DNA of 63,130 nt, filler included, from Klebsormidium nitens (lineage: Eukaryota; Plantae; Klebsormidiophyceae): NCBI GenBank assembly GCA_000708835.1. It is 7 parts of 7 records of this genome, joined end to end, with 100 filler letters (N's around TTAATTAATTAA, not from the genome) between each part and the next. Parts side by side here need not be neighbours in the genome. Positions count along the whole stretch, not along the records: positions 54,376 to 57,237 come from DF237984.1; positions 57,338 to 59,728 come from DF238696.1; positions 59,829 to 63,130 come from DF238586.1; 4 more parts are not named here. The stretch is one strand, 5' to 3'. Below the pieces are notes generated by a model. That model searched no databases, was not told where the DNA came from, and was given only the letters and a program-made list of their open reading frames with translations. Below are positions 56,974 to 63,130 of the stretch, in pieces; within the stretch, counting starts at the first letter, position 1; each line of letters begins with the position of its first letter. A program made the translations under genes and the position numbers.

Positions 56974-57237
56974 ATGGACATCGACCGTGGGGGTTTTATA
57001 TACTCTGGCAGACCAGTGGGCTCTCCAATCACCAAAGTTGGGTTCACCACCCGTCGGGATCCTGAGGCCTACATCAAGTTGCGTTACGCGGGCATCGTAC
57101 AGTTGGAGAACCTGATGGCTGTGACCAACGCCCCGAACGCGGAACGCCTTTGTCATCACATACTCAAGCCATTCCGCTATCAGTCCTTCCAATCAAAGGA
57201 GCTTTTCTACAATGCTCCACCACCCCACGAAATCCAG
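56974..57237 (+). CDS. T5orf172 / GIY-YIG-related domain protein, truncated by contig end
   Basis: GFIY...KVGFT...NAERLCHHILK..R....ELF matches the T5orf172-type pattern common in large DNA viruses. Confidence 0.7.
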
Positions 57238-57385
57238 NNNNNNNNNNNNNNNNNNNNNNNNNNNNNNNNNNNNNNNNNNNNTTAATTAATTAANNNNNNN
57301 NNNNNNNNNNNNNNNNNNNNNNNNNNNNNNNNNNNNNACTGAAAAGCTTGGCATAATTTCCACACATGCTTAAGCAGACGGGCAG

Positions 57386-59362
57386 GTGAATCCCGTCCTA
57401 CCGATCAGCCAGATCGTTACAACTTCTTTGCTTAGAGGCCAAGAAGTTTCCGCACAGCACGCTGTGTACGGCTGTTTAGGACTACCACTGAGATGGAGCT
57501 CGCGGGAACACATCTTTGTCCCTTCGTCGCCGCCTTCGCAACGTACCTTTCTTATCAAAAGTGATCAATCCTTACAGTGTCTTTCTCCGGACTCAACCGA
57601 CTGTTTTGCATCTAACATAATCGACAAATACGCCACGAGGCTGCAGAATCCAAGCTTGCAGGGGACCGATGACCTCACTCTCGCTGAGTTTGCAACGTGG
57701 TACGAGCCGTCGTCTTCGTTTTCTGCGCCGCCTGAAGATACGAACGACGACCAACTTCCTGAAGTCCAAACAGACTCTCCAGAAGGTAAGCGTTCCAGTG
57801 GTCGAGGGTCGAGAATTTATCGGAAAAGACGCAAGTCTAAGATCCTTCACATTGTCGGTTACAAACTAGCTGATAATTCGGAGCTGTTTTACCGGGAAAG
57901 GCTACTCTTGTTCCACCCTTGGTCTTTTCCTGTCGATGACATTGTCCTTCTTAGCGAAAAGGAAGATGAGATTCTTCTATCGGGGAACAGTAGTTTTGAA
58001 GATCGCTACAAACAAGTCGAACGCGCGGTGCTAGAAAAAATGACTGCTTATGAGTATAAAGCCGGTGTCGACTGGGATTCCGTCGAACGGCAGGCAGAAG
58101 CGTGGGCAGCAGAAGATGCCGAACATCTAGCTGCTGTGTTTGAAGACCTTGAATCGCGCGGAATTGTGGTGGAACCGGATTTTCAGCAGCATCCGTCGAT
58201 AATTTCTGATGATCCGCCGGAATCTGCCATTCCGCCGGAATTCCGGTGCGTTCCGGACTTCGAACCGGGCGGAGGTGCTTCAGCTATCGAAAAGCTTCCG
58301 ACTGCGCAGTATCTGATACCTGACGAAGAATTCCGGGCGGAAATGCAGATGCTAACTCTGGCACAGCGAGCCTACGTCTACCACATGCTGCGAAGTTTGA
58401 AGTTCCCATCTAATCGTCAATTTGTAGAATTTCTTACAGGTGGCGCCGGAACCGGAAAGAGTCTTGTTGTCCGATGCGCCACGCAACTAATCGTGCGTAC
58501 TTTCTCTACAGTAATCGGCGATGATCCTGTGTCTCTTAAGCTCTTACTCACAGCATTCACGGGGAGCGCTGCCTTCAACGTAGATGGTATAACGATTCAC
58601 TCGGCTTTTAAAATCCGCATTTATAAAAAGCTTGCTGAATACACAAAACTCTCTGGCGAAGACAAAGCGCTGTTGCGTGATCTTTACGAACATCTGAAAG
58701 GGCATGCAGTAGACGAAATCTCTCTGACGGGCGCTATACTTTTTCAAACTATCAGTTCTCGATTAGGGGAGATTTTTATGAATTCGGAAGTTTTCGGGGG
58801 CCTTCCAACGTTACTGACGGGAGATTTGTTTCAGTTAAAATCTTTGTGGGACAGTTATGTTTTTGAGGGAATCCAGAAGAAAGGCGTTGTAATCAGCAAC
58901 ATTTGGGAAGAAAACGTACGAATGTTCGAACTCACAGAAATTATGCGGCAGCGAGAAGCGCTTGTCTTTGCAGAAGCACTCAATCGATTACGTACAGGTG
59001 CTCACACATCGGCCGACTTGGCTCTGTTTCAGACTCGCGTCTTCGATCGCCTCCATCTGCCCTCGACTTACTCGACTTTTGACAAACACATTTTCGGGAC
59101 TCATAAAAAACGAGATGAGCACAACCTTCTTGTTTTCAACGACACAGTCGGGAGCGGTTTGACGCTGCTCACGCGAGATACTCTTCTCTCTCTAAATCTC
59201 ACCTCGCAGGACAGATCTCATTTTCTTTCGAGAGCTCGAGATCTTCCGGACACCGAAACCGCAACTTTATATTGGGAACTCCGGTTGAAAGTCGGTTTGC
59301 TGGTTGAAGTTACGTGTAACGTAGACGTTCCGGATGGGCTTTATAATGGAGCTACAGTGTGA
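57386..59362 (+). mobile_element. Helitron-type RepHel C-terminal half (PIF1-like SF1 helicase), truncated
   Basis: EVSAQHAVY..LGLPL..SSR..FV, GGAGTGKS, TAFTGSAAFNVDGITIHSAF, DEIS, GDLFQL, ELTEIMRQ, DGLYNGA followed by an abrupt stop. The HUH Rep domain is not in the contig. Confidence 0.82.
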
Positions 59363-59728
59363 CGTTTGGGCTATGGTTAAGTCTAACCGCTCAAACCCAC
59401 AGAGTTAAGTAACGCTCGCCCGTGCGATGCGTGACGATCTAAGTCCACTGTCCAGTAGTGACACGTGGCAACAGTCGAAGTAATGTTCGATAATTATTAT
59501 CATTGGACATGTCGACAGTAGTATAAGTAGAGCTACTAGATAAGCATGTCTCTCGCATGACCAGGATTGCTTGGCATGACGCAGGACGCTCTACTTTGCA
59601 GTCAGAAGTATGCTTGCCTTGCTGGAAGGACGTCTGGGAAGTGACTGGATGCAGCTAGGGGCGCTGCCCTGATCTGCCTCTCCACGATTCTCGACTGACT
59701 GAACGCAGGCAGAAACAAGACTCTGGAA
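59358..59728 (+). mobile_element. Candidate LTR inserted into the Helitron-type helicase
   Basis: The helicase ORF ends exactly where TGTGACG begins. The following sequence is non-coding and includes a tataag box. The partner end is not visible. Confidence 0.4.
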
Positions 59729-59868
59729 NNNNNNNNNNNNNNNNNNNNNNNNNNNNNNNNNNNNNNNNNNNNTTAATTAATTAANNNNNNNNNNNNNNNN
59801 NNNNNNNNNNNNNNNNNNNNNNNNNNNNGGGATCCCCGCGAGGGGCTCGGAAAGCTAGCGCCGTTACA

Positions 59869-62328
59869 CATATACTCCGCCTCTACCGTCGAGACCGCCA
59901 CCGCCGGTTGAAGACGGCTCGACCAACTCACTGCTCCCCTGAACATCAAGAAGACGTACCCCGTCGTAAACGCTTTGTGTCGACGTCCCCCGCATAGTCG
60001 GCGTCGCAAAACGCTTTAAAGACCTCGCCGCTCCCCCCAAAGGTCATTCCGGCTTCCGCCGTCCCCGCCAAGTAGCGCACCACCCCGAGCGCCGCCGCCC
60101 AATGCGCCTCCGTTGGCGCGCTCGTGTAGCGCGCCAATGAACCCACGGCGTGAGCGATGTCGGGCCGCGTGCACACGCTCAAGTACAACAAGCTTCCAAT
60201 GAGCTCGCTATAGTGGAATCTCGCCGTGTCGAGCGGCTCACCCTCTCGTGTCAACTTCTTCCCCGCCCCAAGGGGGACCGAGCGCGCCCTTGCGCCCGCC
60301 AACCCGTGCCGCCCAAGAAGCTCCCCCGTGAGCTTCTTTTGTGTGAGCTTCAACGTACGCGCCACCCGGTCGCGCGCCAACTCCATCCCGAGGAAGTAGG
60401 TCGCCTCCCCCAAGTCGCGCACGTCGTACTTCTCCGCCAAGTGCGCCTTCACCTTCGCAATCCGCTCCGCCCCTCGGGCCGCGACGAGAATGTCGTCCAC
60501 CCACACAATGAGGTAAACCCGCTCCCCGTCCACCACTCCCGAAAAGAGCGCCGCGTCCGCCGAGGACGCCACGAACTCAAAGTTCCCGAGCTCCTCCTCC
60601 AACCGCGTGTACCACGCACGCGGCGCTTGGCGCAACCCGTACAAGGTGCGCTTGAGGTGGCAAACCACGTTGGGCCCGCCTTGCTCGTACCCCTCCGGTT
60701 GCTTCTTGTGAGGAACGCCGTCTTGACGTCCAATTGGTGCAACTCCAAGTCGCGCTCCGCAAAAACCGCTAGGAGCGCCCGCAAAGTCGTGTGCTTGCTG
60801 ACCGGGGCGTAGACTTCCTCGAAGTCAATTCCTTGCTTTTGCAAGTACCCTTTCGCCACTACCCGAGACTTGTACCGCTCCACGTTCCCAGGCACATCCC
60901 GCTTAATCTTGTAAACCCACTTCATGGGAACCGGCTTCACCCCCTCCGGTTTTTTGGCAAGCTCCCACAGACCGTTCTCCAACAAGGACCGCATCTCCTC
61001 GTCCATGGACTTCCGCCAAAGCATCGCTTTTTCGCTTAATCGCCGGTTGCACCACCGAAAGCTTGCTATAGTCGTCAAGGAAAGTGGCCAAGTACCTACT
61101 CCCCCCCTTTGACGTCACCGGCATGGGCCCGCACACGTCCATGTGCACGAGCTCTAGGGGTTCTTTGCTATCTTTGGAGTCCGACTCTTTGGGGGAGGGC
61201 TCACGAGTTTGCTTTCCGATGATGCAAGGCTCACACACCGAGGTTCTTTTGCTCCAGAATGCCTCCGCTTTGACCCCCACACCCCGGACCGAGTCCCCCT
61301 CAACCATCTTGGCTAGGCTTTCGTACCCGGCGTGCCCCAATCTCCGGTGCCACAACACCGGGCTCTCGGCTTCCCTCACGAGCAAGCAAGTATCTTCCCA
61401 CGTTGTCTTCGGTTGACAAACAACGGGCATGCCCTCCGCATTCTTCTCCGCCCGAAGCACAACCTCTCCATCCATGGAAACCTCGCACACCTTCCCATGG
61501 AACACAACCTCGGCTCCTACCGCGGTGGCTTTCTTGACAGAGAAGAGATTCTCCGCCACACCGGGAACATAGGCAACCTTACGGAGAAGGATGACTTGCT
61601 CACCTTCCGGCGTCTCGCATCGCAACTCCACCGTGCCCACCCCGGCTACTTCAAGGAACCCCTTGTTCCCAAACTTGATTGCGCGAGTCCCCGGCTGAAG
61701 CATCTCCAACGTTGAGAACGAGCTCTTGACCCCCGTCATGTGTTGGCTAGCCCCCGTGTCAACAATCCACCGTCCGGTCTCCGCCCCTTCCCCGGCTACA
61801 AAGGCAACCCCTTGCCGGCCCCCGGTTTCCCCCTTCTTTGGGCACTCCCTCTTGAAATGATCCGGGCTACCGCATATGTAGCACATCTTTCCCGACTTGG
61901 GCTTCTCCGGCTCACGCGACCCGGACCGGCACTCTCTCTCAAAGTGCCCCAACTTACCACACTTGTGGCAAGCCATGGAAGCCTTTCCCGGGCCACCTTG
62001 CCCTTGCCCTTGCCGGCAAAGTTGCCACCCTTAGCCGCGTAGGCCACCGCCAAGCCCGAGGCCCCGCTATCTTGCTCCCCATGAAGCCCCTGCCTTTGCT
62101 CAAACACTTGCAATGTCGGAAGAAGCTCTTCCACCTTGCCAACCTCCTCCTTGGTGGTAGCCAACACCGTTACTACCCCCTCAAACTGGCTTGACAACCC
62201 GGCAAACACGCTAAAGGAGAGATCATCCGGCTTCATGTCCGAGCCGGCGGCTAGCAAATCCCGGTAAAGGTCGTTTGCAGGATAAGATCCATTCAGAGAC
62301 CGCCACCTGTCGTAGGTCGGAACCTTGG
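59869..62328 (-). mobile_element. Ty1/Copia LTR retrotransposon internal region, decayed by deletions
   Basis: Gag (AGLSSQFEGVVTVL), two CCHC knuckles (CHKCGKLGHFEREC, CYICGSPDHFKREC), protease WIVDTGASQHMT, LWHRRLGH, integrase start VHMDVCGP..FLDDYS fused to RT (KWVYKIK, GIDFEEVYAPV, QLDVKTAFL, YGLRQAPRAW, WVDDIL), RNase H CDADYAGD..STVEAEY. Gene order is Copia-type. Confidence 0.93.
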
Positions 62329-63130
62329 TGTTAGGGGCGGCTCGGCCCCTCAACTTTGTAGGCCGAGAGCTAATTTGGCTACCGGCTAAACCACCGGGCA
62401 CTCATGCATACCCCTATGTGACATGTATCAACTGCCCGGTCTATAGTGTACCGCGCTGTTGCGACCGGCCTGGCAGTGTTGCCCAAGTTCGGAACATTCA
62501 ACCGGAGTAGGTGATACCCACTTAGGCCGAGTTTGAAATGCTTTTGTCCTCTTCGAGCATATGCGCAAATGCTGGCAGAGTCCCGTGCAACCGAATTTGA
62601 AATTACACTGACCGTAGAGGCTTACCCGCAGAAGTCGGTCGACCGTGCGAAGGATTTTGGGGAAAAATAATAAATATAGTCAGTATTTTGGCCCAATTTC
62701 CCCGATTTTGGATCATTTTGGATTGAAAATAATGAAATCTGGGCCAAGAAATGAAGTTTTTGCCCCAATAATATTCCATATTATTTCATATTTCAAACAT
62801 ACTGGCAAAAAACCAACTATTATTTCTTCCCGACCGACCGACCCACCCAAAAGGGGGTAGGACCGGAACCCGGGAATTAAATTCGACCCGCCTAAGTGGA
62901 TTTGTCACTGCTGAGGCTAAGTGCTCTTTCATACCGTAGGGGACGTTGGAAAAAGCCTGGGTGATTGACGAGGACATGGTGGTCAAATGGGGGTTCTTAT
63001 TTGAAAACGGGTTCATTTCGACGCAAACGGAAGATGTTGAGCCCCATTCAAGCAATCTTTGATATGATCCCAACTCAGCACATGACATCATAGACTGTCA
63101 GCATATCGCAACCATTCCTCTATCTCATTA

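Noticed and set aside
62329-62607. Possible solo LTR (TG...CA) upstream of Copia gag
   Set aside because: The flanking 5-mers (cttgg vs ctgac) do not form a target duplication, so the right boundary is unsupported.

Overview
Eukaryotic nuclear DNA. Intron-rich GT-AG genes, an RLK/Pelle kinase and extensin-like proteins suggest a streptophyte alga such as Klebsormidium (inference). The window is at least seven contigs joined by 100-nt N spacers carrying an artificial TTAATTAATTAA linker (29081-29180, 42273-42372, 50023-50122, 54276-54375, 57238-57337, 59729-59828), so adjacency across those joins means nothing. Contig 1 (1-29080) holds most of the interest. It has three copies of a virus-type Prim-Pol/D5-like SF3 primase-helicase gene: A is intronless over the sequenced part (11568-13920+), B has four clean spliceosomal introns (21634-24578), and C is a spliced pseudogene (2540-3836). 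It also has a virophage/Polinton-like-virus-type tyrosine recombinase, small giant-virus-like ORFs, a shared 350-bp block, and arrays of one ~33-bp motif (TGTTCAnGATGTTCAnnCTTTTGCnCAAACTATT) that also lies inside the introns of copies B and C. No capsid gene is visible. A spliced KDZ (Kyakuja-Dileera-Zisupton) transposase and a bacterial-type VOC gene lie in the same contig. The other contigs carry an SLC1/DAACS transporter with unusual active-site residues, a secreted beta-helix/extensin protein, degraded LINE, Helitron-type and Copia elements, a TA-flanked MITE, an AT-rich cassette of virus-like ORFs, and an intact intronless PERK-type receptor kinase packed among virus-like genes. All family assignments come from motif recognition by eye; no database searches were run.
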